A DNA stretch of 61,752 nt, filler included, from Jimgerdemannia flammicorona (lineage: Eukaryota), in the NCBI GenBank assembly GCA_003990765.1. It is 2 parts of 2 records of this genome, joined end to end, with 100 filler letters (N's around TTAATTAATTAA, not from the genome) between each part and the next. Parts side by side here need not be neighbours in the genome. Positions count along the whole stretch, not along the records: positions 1 to 30,836 come from RBNJ01000422.1; positions 30,937 to 61,752 come from RBNJ01000423.1. One strand, given 5' to 3'. The notes beneath the pieces are model-generated. The model searched no databases and was not told the origin of the DNA. It was given only the letters and a program-made list of their open reading frames with translations. This document shows, piece after piece, positions 22,601 to 35,929 of the stretch. The translations under genes and the position numbers were made by a program. Every line of letters begins with the position of its first letter. Positions within the stretch are counted from its first letter, which is position 1.

Positions 22601-24990
22601 GATTTTGCTTTTGGCCAGACTGCTCCTGGTCTTGATAATTCCAGTATGGTTCTCTGGTAACTTGACTCCAATTCTAGTACCAAGTAGGGTGGTGGTCTGT
22701 GGTTCAAGGGTAGTATCTTGAATGCTGGCAAGGTCCATTTCTATGGCTCCTTTAGTCTTATATTCTGGGATCTTGGCTTTGGGGTGAAACTTCTTGACCT
22801 TGAGGGTGATGTCTGATTCTTGTTCCTCTTCATTATTACTGTCAGCCTGAAGTTCTAGGAGCTGGTCATCTTCTTCAGCTTTCCTTTTTGCTTCAGTGGC
22901 TTCTTGTTCATATTTCTGTTGGCAGATTTTCCTGACTTCACTGATACAGAACCAGCAGTCATTCAGGTGTTCAGAGCAGTACATCCTAGTACTATGAGGG
23001 CATCTTCCTTGAGGGGCATAGCTATCGATGATCTTATTGTACCACTGCTCATCTATGAGCTTGGGTGTCTTGTTCTTGTTCTTGTTCACTGAGTGTATAA
23101 AGACCTCTATGTTCTCTTCATCTCCTTCCTCTATGTCTGGTAGAACTCCTTTGTAGACATTGATAGAGACTCATACCTTTCTTCCTCTGTAGTTGATCTG
23201 CATATTCTAGGCATTAAGGTCAATGATGGCCTTGGTCTTATGAAGCCATTGATTGCCAATGAGGATGTCATAGTTGGTGGTGCTTGTGACAATCACATCT
23301 ACTGAGATGGTAGCTCCTTCTATCTTAATGGGGACTTCTTGAATTTTGCCAAGAGGGGTAGCTTGTATACCATCTGCTGTGACATAGACCATCTTGGTGA
23401 ACTCTTCAATGTCCCAGCCTAGGCAGTCGATTGTCTTCTTGCTCATGAGGTATCCTCCAGCACCAGTATCAATGATAGCATCAAAGATACAGTCTTCAAT
23501 CTGATATGGGGTATAGGCTGATGTCTTGCACTGATCTTTGGATTCTTCACCTGAGTTCTCAGATTCTTTCTGTATATTGTGAGCTTCTACAATCTTGTAC
23601 TCTTGATTCTTGGTGGTAGTTGCAAGTCCTACTCTCAACTGCTGTCTAAAGGCAGAGACTTTGGCTAGTTGTCCAAAAGTAGTATTGATCTTCTGTTCCT
23701 TGAGGTCCTTGTAGATATCATACTGGTGGATCTTAGTCTTGTACAGCTTCTGTTTCTTCTTGCTTTCACTTTCTCCTAAGACTGGAGTAGTATCTTTAAT
23801 GATTTGGCAGGCAGCTTCATCTAACTCCATGTCTTGATCAATCTCCTCAGGTTGGGTCTTGCTTTGAATAGTGATAGCTGGGGTCTTCTTTGGTCTTCCA
23901 ACTGGCTTGCTATTGCTCTTCTTGTCATAGGGCTTGGACCAGGTTCTGGTACCTTCAGTAGCAGGGTAGAATTCAAGCTCCTCATAGTATTCTTCATCAT
24001 CAGTATCACCAATCTCCTCAATGACTACTGTATTGATTTGTTCTCTGGTTCTGCTAGTATTGCTTAGTTGGGCTTTACATCTTGTTTTGGTCATGCAACT
24101 CTTTGCATAGTGGCCTTCTTCTCTATATCTGAAACATATGATATCGTATTCTTCTGTAGCAGCTGCAAATCTCTGCACTGGTCTCCTGTTGGCACTTCAG
24201 ACTTCTCTAACAACATCACCAAGATATGTAGTCATCTCAGCAAACTACTTGGCAAGTTCCTCAACTGGGTCAGCTTTGGCTGTCTTGGGGGTAGGTGGGG
24301 TTGGTTGTCTGTTTACAACTGTAATGGATATGATACTAGTTAGCTTTGATGGTTCTATCTTAATACCAGTTATTTTCTCCATTGAGTGTTTGGCAGGGTG
24401 TCTGGCAGTCCAATATCTCTGTGCAAAGACCACTTTCTGATCAAGGGGTCAGTGCAGCTGGGGTAGACCAGATTGCTAGGGCAATTTCAGGGTGAACTCC
24501 TTTGAGGAAGGTTGAATCCGCTATTTGTTCCTTGAGGCAGTCATCATAGCCAGCCAAGACAATCTGGTGGCAAATTCAGGTATAGAATAAGTTGGGATCT
24601 TCACTAAGTCCCTGGCAGATAGTATTTAGTTGATCCTTGAGAGCTTGCTTAATCTCTTTAGTATAGTATGTTGTTCTGAGGAAGGCCTTTATGTTGGCAA
24701 GTTTGGCTGCACCAGCATCAGCAATGGTGGCTGTATTGACCTTGTCTCTGGCAGATCCTCTGAGGCTGACTGGTAGAAGGGCCAATTGTGCATCCACACC
24801 AAGGGCTCATATGGTGGTGAATTGTTCAAAGTCTTCAATGAAGGTCAGGATTGACTCTTCAGTAGTATATCCATAGAATGTAGGGAGATGTATTTCTATT
24901 TTGTCTTGAATTCTTGCAGGGGTGACTCTTGTAGTCAGGGTAGTTGTTGTGGGGGTTGTTTATTTTTCAGCTTGAAAGTGAGGGATTCAT
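19700..24990 (-). pseudogene. gag-pol of element A
   Basis: ORF fragments 24576..24797 (gag), 23207..24178 (CCHC + PR), 20997..22109 (RT/RNase H) and 19881..20830 (IN). Confidence 0.92.
22390..22810 (-). pseudogene. dUTPase domain between protease and RT in element A
   Basis: KVKKFHPKAKIP..GAIEMDL, RSSLA, GGVIDPDYTSEI, RIGQML, RGEQGFGSTG (motifs 1-5, one frameshift). Confidence 0.92.
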
Positions 24991-25019
24991 CTTGAATCAC
25001 CAGCCAATGGGCACCAAGT

Positions 25020-26601
25020 TGTCACATAGTGGTCACTGAGTTTTTCAAATATTTCAGTTTCTCTTCAAGGTGTATCTCTTAGACTAACTCAAGTTTGTTA
25101 TAAGCAAGTTCTTATTGGAGTACCTTCCCAAGGTCTTATAGTTCTCAAACTTCTTATCTTTAACTATCTTGTTATCTCTTAGATTGCTTGCAAGAAAGTG
25201 TGTATATTGCACTGAGAAGACTGACTTTATTTCAAAGGAAATAAGAGAGATATTTATACAAAATATATTTCAATGGTTGCTAAGATATAAAGCTAAATAT
25301 AAATTCTAATAACTAAAACTACTAAGTTTCAGGGTTGGTACTGATGGTTGTACAGGTTCAGGATACTGGTATAATTCAGTATCATATCAGAATACTGGTG
25401 CTGGTATTATTTAGTGTTATATCAAAATACCAGTACTAGAACAATTCTGTGTCATCTCAGAATGCCAGTGCTGGCATTATCCAGTATAACAAGGGACTTA
25501 GAGCAGAAAGTTCAGGACCATGGGGGCTTCATCCTCATCATCAGAGGTCAGAATATCTTCGAAGGAGATGAGGTCTGCAAATTCATCATATAGGTTGTAT
25601 GTTTCGCATACTTTGCATGCTTCATCATGTGTTTCAGTATGTTAAGTTGCATGAGATGATGTCATTGCCGATGATGTCATCACATTCAGCAGCAGGGAAA
25701 TTGAGAACAAGGAGATCTGGAGCTCTCCAGTCTATAAGGTTCTCTTTCACAAAATAGAGGACAAATGTGGGGTCTTGGAGAGGTCTAACCTGTATGCTTG
25801 GGCCTTAGAATACTGAGATCAATCCTTGCAGGAATTGGTCTGGGTTGTTCTGGAGGATGGGGTGCCAGAAGTCTTCTACTTCATCACTGTTGAGAGTGAT
25901 AGTGGACTGGGCCTTTAGAGCCACCCTGGCTTCTAGTGCATTGATATGGTGGGATGACAGATCTCTGAAATCTGAGACTCTAACATACTCTAAGTTGGGG
26001 ATCGACCATGGTGCATGCCTGAAGATCTGATGGATCTTCTTAGCTGTCCTTATTTAGCATATATCCATGGAAGTAGTATCTTGTAGCTCTTGAGTGCTGG
26101 CCTGTGGGAACTCCTGGCAGAGAAGGTTTCCTATTTTATACTTCTGCCACATTTGGAGACATTCGGTGGTAATGGTGATCCTTGTTTCCATTTCATAGTA
26201 GTAGAGAATATAATGATAAGGGTCACCAGTACTCAGGTTGACACTAGGAGTCCTTCTTGAGTGGGTCCTCATAGCTCTTCTGATGTCTTGGAACATCCTT
26301 TCTTCAACTGAGATGCCTTAGTGGTTCCTTGACCTTGAGGTTTGGCAGGCAGCAGGCATTTCATTTGTAGTAAGTCTTTAAGCTATTTTGGGATTGGTGG
26401 GTCTTATTGGTTGCTACTATTGTAGTTCCTTGATCTTTCTTTTATATTCCTCAAGATACTCATACTGTGGTCACAATGACTTACAGTTGGTCATCATTGC
26501 ACATCTCATATGCTGTATAATCTTCTTGTGCTCCAATCTAGTGGCTTGTAAGGAAAGGCTGTCTCCTGTACTGATATCATCATTCTGGGGTCACCATTAT
26601 A
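25020..26601 (-). repeat. 5' LTR of element A (contains most of the accessory ORF)
   Basis: Direct repeat of 17739-19321; the terminal CA has mutated to TA. Confidence 0.95.
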
Positions 26602-27762
26602 GTATATAGATATATGAAGTATTTGTTATACTAAAGTGAGAGTTCTTATAGTGGTATATATATTAATCAAAAGTATTAATAAAGATAATGATTGATTTAC
26701 TAAAGATATAACAATAAAATACTATTGATCTTATATTTATCTTATTTAAATATCTTAGTTTAGTTTAAGTGATATACATATAGTTCAGATAGTAGTTTAA
26801 GTGATAGTTATTTATTATTCAGCTTAAAAGTCAGATATTTATCTTAAATTACTAGTTAATAGATATATATTAAGTTATAATTAATAGATATTTAACTTAA
26901 GAAGTATACTAGATTTCTTTATTTTCTCTTGACTTTCAGAGTTAGTAGTAATTTCTTAATCTTCTTAACTTTTCAGAATTAGTTATAGATGAACTCAAAA
27001 ATGATATCTATCTAAAGATCTCATTATTAAATTACTAAAGTGAGACTAAAATATAAAATAGTATATTTGAAGATTTTATTATCTCAAGAAGTATCATAAC
27101 TAGCTATATAATGAAGTAATACTATAGCTCTCAAGATCACCAGTGCTATATAATGAGTTATAGAAAGATAGTGATATTCTATTGAGCTACTAATAATAGA
27201 GAAATTCTTTGATAGTATTCAAAGTATAGTACAGATATGCTTATTATAAATTTCATATTTTAAGATCTACCAGAATCAGACTGAGTTTCAAGAATACTTC
27301 AAGTTGAGATAGCCACTAAATTCAAAGTCAGAAATAGAAAAAGAAGATTGAATTAGAGAGTATCAGTAATCACTATCACTAAGAGAATATATAAGTTATT
27401 TAAGAAGAATGAGCTAGTTTTAGCTTATATCTAAAGAGTAGCTCTAGGAGACTTTAGTATATTAGGAGATAATATAATAATACAAATCATATAGTATAAG
27501 GAGATTCAACTGATCAAAGCTTGAGAGTTTGTATAGAATATTTCAGAGATAAATCATCTATTTAGAAGAAAGTTGTAACAGTTGATTTGAATTAGTAATA
27601 TAAATTAGAAGAATAGATATTTGATCATAGTACCTAAATCTAATTTTCAAATATAGTATAGTCTTATAAATAGCTATTATTTCACAACTATAAAAACTTT
27701 AACAATTACTAAGATTTTGCAGATATTGAAATTCTTTTAATTATTAAAATCTTAGTAGATAT
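26602..27762. other. AT-rich degenerate repeat relic (with 17430-17738), target of the element A and hAT copy 2 insertions
   Basis: Very CpG-poor and TA-rich; continuous with 17430-17738 across the GTAT TSD; family not recognisable. Confidence 0.45.
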
Positions 27763-30700
27763 TAGTGCTCTGAATAGATGTTATATGATGGATTCAAATC
27801 AACTTAGATTGGTCTTGTGATCTGATCTGGATTGATCTGGATTGATTTGCATTGATCTATCTAGATTAAAATCTTTGGTGACATCACTCTTTCTTTTGTT
27901 CATTTTACTCTTGTTTTTTTTTTTCTGCCACACTTGGGTAACATCACCTTTTCCTTTTGTTCTCTCTCTTTTTTTGTTCTTTTCTTTGTTTTTTTTTTCT
28001 TTGTTTTTTTCTGCTACATCATGAGCAAACTAAACAGTAGCCCTTAATTCATACATTGGTCCAAGTCTACTCATTTTTCACCCTGCAATAATCATCAAAA
28101 GAGAGAGTATTCAAGGTAGAAATGCACTTACGGCTGATAATGTTAGATTCTTTCTCATATGGGCAGCACACAAGCTGCTTATCAAGAGCCAAAGAAGCAA
28201 TGGTGGTGGCAATAGCAATGGCAATGGTGATGGCAATAATAGTGATAATAGCAGTGGCAATAGTAGTAGTGATAGTGGGAATGAGGGAGAATTCTAGCAA
28301 CAACTCATGGCAGACCTCGGAATTCACAGACCTCATAGCTATATATGCAGCAGCCTTTTTGGAGCAGCTGATAGTAGATGTTGGTTGCTCACTTGGCTGT
28401 CACTTATTTACTTGTATTTATTTAAATTTCCCCAGCATGATCCAATTCACCTCATGCTTTTCTTAGAGTCCACAGCTCTATGGTGAGATCTGCTGACTTT
28501 ATTTATAACATCTGATCAAGATAAAGAAAGACTGGTGGATGTTGTAGGGTATGCCTTTGGTGGCTGAGCTATTGAGTCAATGTATTGTGTAGCAGAGGTC
28601 TCAAAAGGAACAGAAGCAAGCCTTCATGAGTAATCTTATACAACTTATGCAACTCATTGGTATGCAACTTGTCAGTATGTAGCTCACTTACTTACTTACT
28701 CACTCATACTCTTTTTCTGAAATACCCATCTCTGTGTTTTATTTAATTTCATTTTTTATGTAGTCTCCTCCTAAAAAACACCCACACCTACATACAACCC
28801 ATCTGTATATAACCTACCCACACACAACCTGTCTGCATACAACCCATCTGCATGTAATCTGTTTGCATACAATCTGTCTACATGCAACCTATCTGCACAC
28901 AACCCATCCACACATAGCCCATCTACATACTTATCTCAGTCCCTCAGATCAGGGCTTAGTTTTATTGAAAAGGAGAGTTCAAAGTTACTAGAGTTTAACC
29001 ACATCTAGTATCTGATCAAATAGAGAAATTCAAGGGCAAGATGTTTAGCATGAGCAGTATCAGTATCATCATCAAGACTTATGAGTCAACATTTGAATCA
29101 GAGCTAATCATTCTTAACCAAGGGGTCTATTGGCCAGTAAGAGAAACCAATGATAAAGAGAACTATATCATTATTAACAAATATGGAGAGGTGGTTGTGA
29201 TAGTGGTAAGGAATCTCTATAGTGATGAGCTTTGCTGCCACATCAATGAGATTTGTGAGGATTGTATCAAATACCAAATGGCAGGAAAGAGGGGGCAAAA
29301 AAAGCAAGGAGGGGGGGTTTGGACAGAAATTGGGTAACTGCAATACTGGCAAAGGGTGAGTTCTGGAGTTCCAAAATCCCCTGCACTTGTCTCCCTTTTT
29401 TTTTTACTCCTCTCCAGATAAATCACACTCTTCGCTAAAATACTCTTTTTGATACAATTCTAGGGATGTACAAGATTCTGTACCTCTATTGGAAGTTTAG
29501 AAGTATCATTGAAGAGCAAACTGCACACAAGCATGACACAGCCTGTGTGGTAATAGTGGCTATGATCTGGAGTTCTTTGAGCAGATTGGTAGAGTATATA
29601 GCAGACCAGCTTGGTGGTGATCTCAGCATAGCTGTATGTATATTCTTGGTACAATTTAGCATACCATATAAGGTGAGAAGCTCTACTTTTTTGGGGTGCT
29701 GCAGCTCAGGGGGTTTCTGTATTTCTGCCCCCCTGCATACAAAAAGGACTGACTGGTTGCTATCTGTTTTGGCAGATTTCTAAGCCAGGGCTCCTGGGAC
29801 TGGACCAAGAGCAGGCATCCACCAGCACAGCCTGGCAGTATGAGGTCCTGGGCCAAGGGTTCACCCAACTGTATGCTTGTATCACATCAGAATATATTGG
29901 GTACAATATTTCTCTGTCTACACACACAGATAACAATATCACTCTGGTAATATTTTATATCCTAGAAAGGAAGGGCCCAACCTGGAAGGATAGTGGTGGA
30001 TTCTGATATGACCTCACCTATAGTTTTGGAGTCCTGTTTGTAGGCAATATGGCCATTCTATTCTAACCACATGACTACCATGGTATCATCACCTTTAAGG
30101 AGAGCTTGAACACAATAGTTATTATACTCACAATGGATGATAGGCTCATCAAGGCCTGGGACTGGCAGGTGGAGCAGTTTTTGTAAGGGTTAGGCATTTA
30201 TTTATAAGGGTTAGGCAATCTTTCATAAGGGTTAGGCAGTCATTTTGTGTGAGTTGGGCAGTCTTATGTAGGGGGTTGGGCTGGGTGTATCTTCTGTAGC
30301 ACTAGCTTAGCTATTATGCCAGGTCCTACCAGCCCCTTGGCTCTACTCTGTAGTGCTGCCAGTACAGTGCTGCAGCACAGGACCAGGATACCTATGGGAC
30401 CTGAACTGGCAACAGGGCCTGAATCTGTAGTGGACTTTGACCACCAGAAGTATTCTCCAACTACTGGAAATGCCCTCCAACTACCAGAAGTACTCTTCAA
30501 CCACCAGAAGCACCCTCCACCCTGGACTCCTTGGTGGCTTAAGGCTGCCTCATTCTGCTGATGGAGAGCCACAAATTTTGTGTACTCCCTCCACCTGTCC
30601 TGTCTGTCTCAGACACTTGTGGCTTAGGGCTGCCCCTTACTACTAATGGAGGGCTACAAATTTTGTGCACTCCCTTTGCCAACCCCAACCCCACCAACTG

Positions 30701-30836
30701 ATCCTGCTCACTGATCCAGGCACTGACAGCTTGGGCCTGCCCCTTACTACTGGTAAAGGGCTGCAAATTTTGAATGCTCCCACTGCCTACCCTCTCTCCA
30801 CCTTTCCCCCCCTCTGCCTACCCCCTCCTTCACCCC
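27763..30836 (+). mobile_element. Second, more decayed copy of the hAT element (left TIR and TET/JBP-like cargo), cut off by the contig end
   Basis: Starts TAGTGCTCTGAAT and is colinear with 312-3360. HTD is at 29923-29931 and PHDYHG at 30067-30084. Confidence 0.92.
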
Positions 30837-30936
30837 NNNNNNNNNNNNNNNNNNNNNNNNNNNNNNNNNNNNNNNNNNNNTTAATTAATTAANNNNNNNN
30901 NNNNNNNNNNNNNNNNNNNNNNNNNNNNNNNNNNNN
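30837..30936. other. Artificial contig spacer N44-TTAATTAATTAA-N44
   Basis: Exactly 100 bp and symmetric, with stops in all frames; the two sides need not be adjacent in the genome. Confidence 0.95.
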
Positions 30937-31196
30937 AAAAAAAAAAAAAAAAGGAAAGCCTTGGAAATCTGTGATCGGTTGATGTCCGATAGGCTGACAG
31001 CGCGAGCGCTGTTCTTGGATGGACGTTTTAGATCCCCTCACCCCCTCTATGGTGCGCACCTCGTCCTCATCGCACGTACCTAGACACTAGACATAAACCA
31101 CGTGCAGAGAATGTCACCACACCAACCCAATGCTTCATTCGAAGCCCCTATCACCCTCGGCCCCCTACGCAGAAAACCAAGAAAAAATACACCTAC

Positions 31197-31372
31197 GTTG
31201 CATCGATCTTCTTCACCTACGGCGCGTCAAACCTTACTTTGATCCTGTACATTGGCTGATTGTCGTGCCGTATGGGATTACCCTCGAGATAGACGGTGGA
31301 GTGGTAACGTTTGTCGACCTGCTGCTGCTCGAGTTCCTCAAAGGAAGAGAGGAGGTAGAGGGGATTTTTGAC
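31197..31372 (-). pseudogene. Orphan exon resembling the Sds22/PPP1R7 C-terminal LRR cap
   Basis: LLSSFEELEQQ..TVYLEGNPI....YRIKVR...P*VKKIDAT, flanked by a tttcag acceptor and a GTAGGT donor; contains an internal TAG. Confidence 0.65.
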
Positions 31373-31689
31373 CTGAAAAAATAAAATAAAAATAACAAGG
31401 GATCGTAAAGAGAACGAGAGATGCGGTCATGAAATAATGAAAGAGCGGGAGATGGGAGATATTCAATGACATGTATTTCGGATCTGCATACATTCATCAT
31501 GTTGACCAATGAAATGCAAAAAATTTTCATTTCAGTGGGCTATTCCATAAAAGCTGGAAACTAGTAGAGATAAGCTGGTATCTTCCCTTTAATATTGTAA
31601 TTTTTAGGGTTGGGTAAAGTTGAGAGGCTGAGCTTGGATAGCGGCATGCCTTGGGACTGGGCGCTCTAAATAACCAGCGGGCCATGGAC

Positions 31690-31742
<53 letters not shown>

Positions 31743-31873
31743 CTTTTTTCTATATGTTTTTTATTTATTTTATTTTATTGTTTTATAAAATACAGTCATC
31801 CTCCTATATGCGCCGCGAGCGAATTACACGCAACTAGGGTATTCACGTATTTAGGATAAAGAGGCCGGCGTGT

Positions 31874-31997
31874 GCGAATGAGGGGGACGAATGAAAGGGG
31901 GGGGGACGCGAATGAGGAGGCCGAATGAGGGGACCGAATGATGAGGCCGAATGAGGGGGCCGAATGATGAGGCCGAATGAGGGTGGGACGAATGAGC
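31874..31997. repeat. Minisatellite of ~13-bp CGAATGA(G/T)GAGGC units
   Basis: About nine imperfect tandem copies. Confidence 0.85.
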
Positions 31998-33279
31998 AAA
32001 GATAAAAATAGAACAAGGGTAGGACCCGAACTGTTGCTTATCGGCCCGCTTGCTGCGAGACACTTTTTGCGATCTCCCGTAACGGGGGAATAGCGCGAAA
32101 TCGTGAACCGGGTTCTGTCGTAAACGGATCCCGCATCTGGCTAGCAAAACATCCCCTCCCCCCCGTAGCCAGGAGAGGGTAGTCGACTCGTATACATGAT
32201 GTGTGTATGTAGGTCGAAATACGAGGCCTGATGTCGCATTGCGCTACCATTTCCACCTTCCCCCGCGGCCGTCTTGCCAAAAATAAATACTTCAGCGAAG
32301 AATCGTGGAACTGGACTTGCTGCACACGGTCCTCCTTTCCGTTGCTAGCTTAATGACACGCGAGTCCCCACTGTGACATGAAAGACAACACCCGCGTTTG
32401 GAGCACTACGTTCCGGTATGAAACATAGCCGACCAGGCCGGGATCCCTCCCCGCAATTTGCAAATATTCAGAAGCCATGTCGCGGTGTCCAGGTCGGGTC
32501 ACTAAGTGCCTAGGGAAGAGAATGAGAGCTGCAATGGGAAGAGAAGAAAACGTATATTCCGAAGTGCATGTTGAGAGTTCGTAGTGGTTACGCTCTGCAG
32601 GTGGCTTGACGTCATCGCCACAAGTTGAAGCATTTTTAAGTAATGAAATATGTGTCGATGGAGGTATATATTATTAGATAAGAACAATACCATTTTAGAT
32701 TCTCCTATCATCGGAAAAGATATTCCGGAATACAAGCTTTTGGGTTCTCCCACTTGCGCCACCGTGGCTCTCGGAGCTAAACTGGCAATGATAATCGCAA
32801 CTTTAATTTCTTCCAATATATGTATGGATATGTATGGTTGGAACGAAAATGATGTGAAGTACTCGGCAACAAGAAGGTTGAGGGAGATTTGGCGTAGAAT
32901 CGCTGATTATAAACGACCGCGTGCGGGATTCAGGAAGCATCGCGAAAGAAGTGGAATACAAACCTATAACAAAAAATGAACTGGAAAATGGAAAGGATGC
33001 TATGACGATGATCACACAGATCGAGTCTGCTCGCCTGCTTGATACCATCCCAGGAATTTAGTCAGTAGTGTCACTGCGAAGGATCAGGAGATTTGTCCGT
33101 AACACTTAGGCTAAAGGGGTTTTGGCCTTCCGAACGAGGTTCGATAGGCTAACCGAGACGGTGAGTCAACTCGTCATGACACGTCGGTCGATGTGACATC
33201 ATACAGGCTCAGTCACACACACATATAAGAAACTTCATGAAGCAGAACGATTTTGATACATCCTTACTCGAAAGAAAAA

Positions 33280-34007
33280 ATGCAAGCCACCCCTCTCATC
33301 CCCCCTTTCACGCAAGAGACCGCCCACGCCAAAGTCAAGAGGGCGCAGGACATGTGGAACACGCGTAATCCTGAGATGGTTGCCAAGGGGTACACCCAAG
33401 ACTGCCTGTGAGTTGGCCTGTTTTCTAAGGACGTTGAATGCGCCGATTCGACTGACCCGCTTATGTCGTTTGTGTGCATGTATCGAGCAGCTGGCGCAAC
33501 AGGGATAGTTTTTTTTCCGGCCACGACAATATCATCAAGTTTCTCACCGACAAGTGGTCCAAGGAGCTGGGATACCGCCTTAGGAAGGAACTATTCTCGT
33601 TTACGGGCAACAAGATCGCCGTAAATTTCTGGTACGAGTTCCACGACGAGCAAGGACAGGTACGGATCAATTTTATCTTTCTGTGAAAGGCTTTGGGGTT
33701 TGGAATTTTTATGATTTCTAATCCTTCGTACATTTTTCTCCGACCCAACGGACTCGTTTTTGACGGTGAATAGTGGTGCCGAGGTAAAGTTCAGTCCACA
33801 TTCAACGTGACCAGCGACATCGACCTTTCAAATCTAACTATTCCCCTTTCGTCCCGCACAGCCTACGGCCTTGAGCACTGGACCTTCAACGAGGAAGGTA
33901 TCATGTCGCACCGACAGATGAGTGCCAACAACATCCCCATCGCCGACGAGCAGCGTTGGTTCAAGGACGTTGAAAACGTAAACGATGCTCAAATTGTTGA
34001 CGAGTAG
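33280..34007 (+). CDS. DUF1348 (NTF2/SnoaL-like) protein; exons 33280-33407, 33491-33659, 33774-33783, 33862-34007
   Basis: PPFTQETAHAKVKRAQDMWNTRNPE..WRNRDSF..KWSKELGYRLRKELF..KIAVNFWYE..W.RAYGLEHWTF..G.M..RQMSANN; all introns are GT-AG and restore the frame. Confidence 0.92.
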
Positions 34008-34403
34008 GGAGAATTTTTGGCACAGGTGTTATTAGTTAGCGCCTGCGGAGAAGGGGTGATAATTGTGCGACTGGAGATGTATCAGCTCGATCATTTTCGG
34101 CTCGTATTGTAAGCAATAAAAGCTTCAAGGGGCTGCTTTGCCGAAACTAAACAGTAATATAATACTTTGCGTTACAAAATTAATGACCATAAACAAACCT
34201 AATTTTACAATAGATATATGTGGTGACCCTGGTTTTGTTGATGCATAGTAGTGTACTCATGGAAACAGGAATACGGGATGGGCGTAATGCCTTAATAAGA
34301 TATTTGCTTGCTTAAACTGTTGGAAAGGTCCGAAAACATAAGTTGCATTTGAGTAATCTGCGGATAAGTCACGTGACTTCCAGCACGTTTATGGCGTAGT
34401 CGC

Positions 34404-35150
34404 GTGAGGACTACCTTCAGCCCGAAAAAGAACATCCGAAATAAAATATTCCAACAGACCAGCCGCTGTTATCTCGAAATCAGCCGCAGCCGCCCAATCT
34501 ACACCACTCTCCACGCGACCCGGCCGACTTTCTCGCTGATCTGCGACTCTTTCTATTTGTTGGCGCCCGAACAATCCAGGAAAGTTATTGTGACCGACCA
34601 AAGGGACCCTGTTCACCTACCAAATTGGACGGCCTATATAGCCAAGGATCATTACCTCACTGTTACCGTCAAGCTCCGCTCCCACGTCGCCCTGGCCTGC
34701 AGGCCCGTTTCCATCATCGAGCCCCATACACACTTGGTGGCCGCCTGTGATTGCGATATCAACGATGCTTATTCCAACCAACAACCGAAGTTCGCTTAGA
34801 TCCACAAGAAAAAGATCGGCGGCAAGCACGCCACCGACACGGACACCAACGCGGTGCGCGAGGACGCGGATCAACGTCTCCGACGTGGCGTGTGTATCTG
34901 ACAGGAAAGGATCGTCTGCGCCACTGGGCCTAGCGCGAAATTCAAGCCGAAGTTGTTCAATCACCACCAACTCATACCCGGCGACCAAGCGGGGGGTGCC
35001 GCGCGCAATCAGATTGTGAGGGTACAGAAACGTTGTGTCGGCAACTTTTGGGGGCAAGCGGTGGGCGACGAAACGTTGACGGAGATATGGCGCTACGCGC
35101 AAATCCTGGTACGGGAGGCTAAGACGTACGCGGAGTTGGCGGGGTACTAG
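34404..35150 (+). pseudogene. Probable decayed gene of unknown function
   Basis: ORFs 34404..34799 and 34953..35150 share a frame broken by TAG/TGA; GC-rich, coding-like composition. Confidence 0.4.
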
Positions 35151-35929
35151 AGAAGTTTGAACGTGGTGTAAAGTTTCGGGTGTTTGACGGCGGAAGTGTA
35201 TGACTTTGGCATTTCGGCGCGCATACTGTATTTTGAATGTTGCGCGTAGTCTGTAGTTCACAGTCACCACATTTTGATCGAATAAAATGAAAGGATATTG
35301 TTATGTTGGCAAAACTGTCGATCAAGTTCTCACGAGACCTGTCCAAGATTTGACAGGTTCGCTGTTTCACTTTCGAACGAACCAGTTCATGCATGCGAAT
35401 CCGCCACCCGTCGCCACAAACGGAGCGAGACAACATGAACACACTCAAAACACGTCGGTCCCGTTTCGGGACACTCGATCCGAGGCATTTCGGCCCAACA
35501 AACGGACGCATAACGCGGAAGGCGAGGAAAGCATAACTGAGCAGGAACTCAGACTGTCAGATTTTGACAAGATCACCGCAAATGCTTACTCCATATGGAA
35601 GGTGGGCGTTGCCCGATACAGCTGATTCGGGTGCACAAAGTCGTCATTGGACATTCGGAAGACCAGGAAAGGTCGTTCGGGACTGGCAACCACGCATGGA
35701 CGAACGGAATCTCCGGACATCCGCTGTGCGCCATCTCAAAAAAGCAACTGCTGAAATTATCGGATATGTTTCTCAGACATTCCGAGAAAAAAAAAGAAAA
35801 AAAAAAAGGAGACTGCTTTGACTAAGCAGCTCTATATAAATCATCACGACACGACTCTCAACTCTCCCAGAAATTTATTAACACCAACCAACAGCTCTAC
35901 TTCTGACAAACAGATCTTTATATAGGAGA

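Larger units (their letters stand above)
17739..26601 (-). mobile_element. Ty3/Gypsy LTR retrotransposon A (gag, PR, dUTPase, RT, RNase H, IN, accessory ORF)
   Basis: LTRs at 17739-19321 and 25020-26601 (~1.58 kb); 4-bp TSD GTAT on both sides; PBS-like TGGTGCCC next to 25020; PPT AGGAGGAAGA next to 19321. Motifs: CFRYREEGHYAKSC, IIDTGA, YIDD, LQTDAS, HPQGNGQTERTN. Confidence 0.95.

Noticed and set aside
30837..30936. Palindromic TTAATTAATTAA inside N runs as a biological site
   Set aside because: It is a symmetric 100-bp artificial spacer; linkage across it should not be interpreted.
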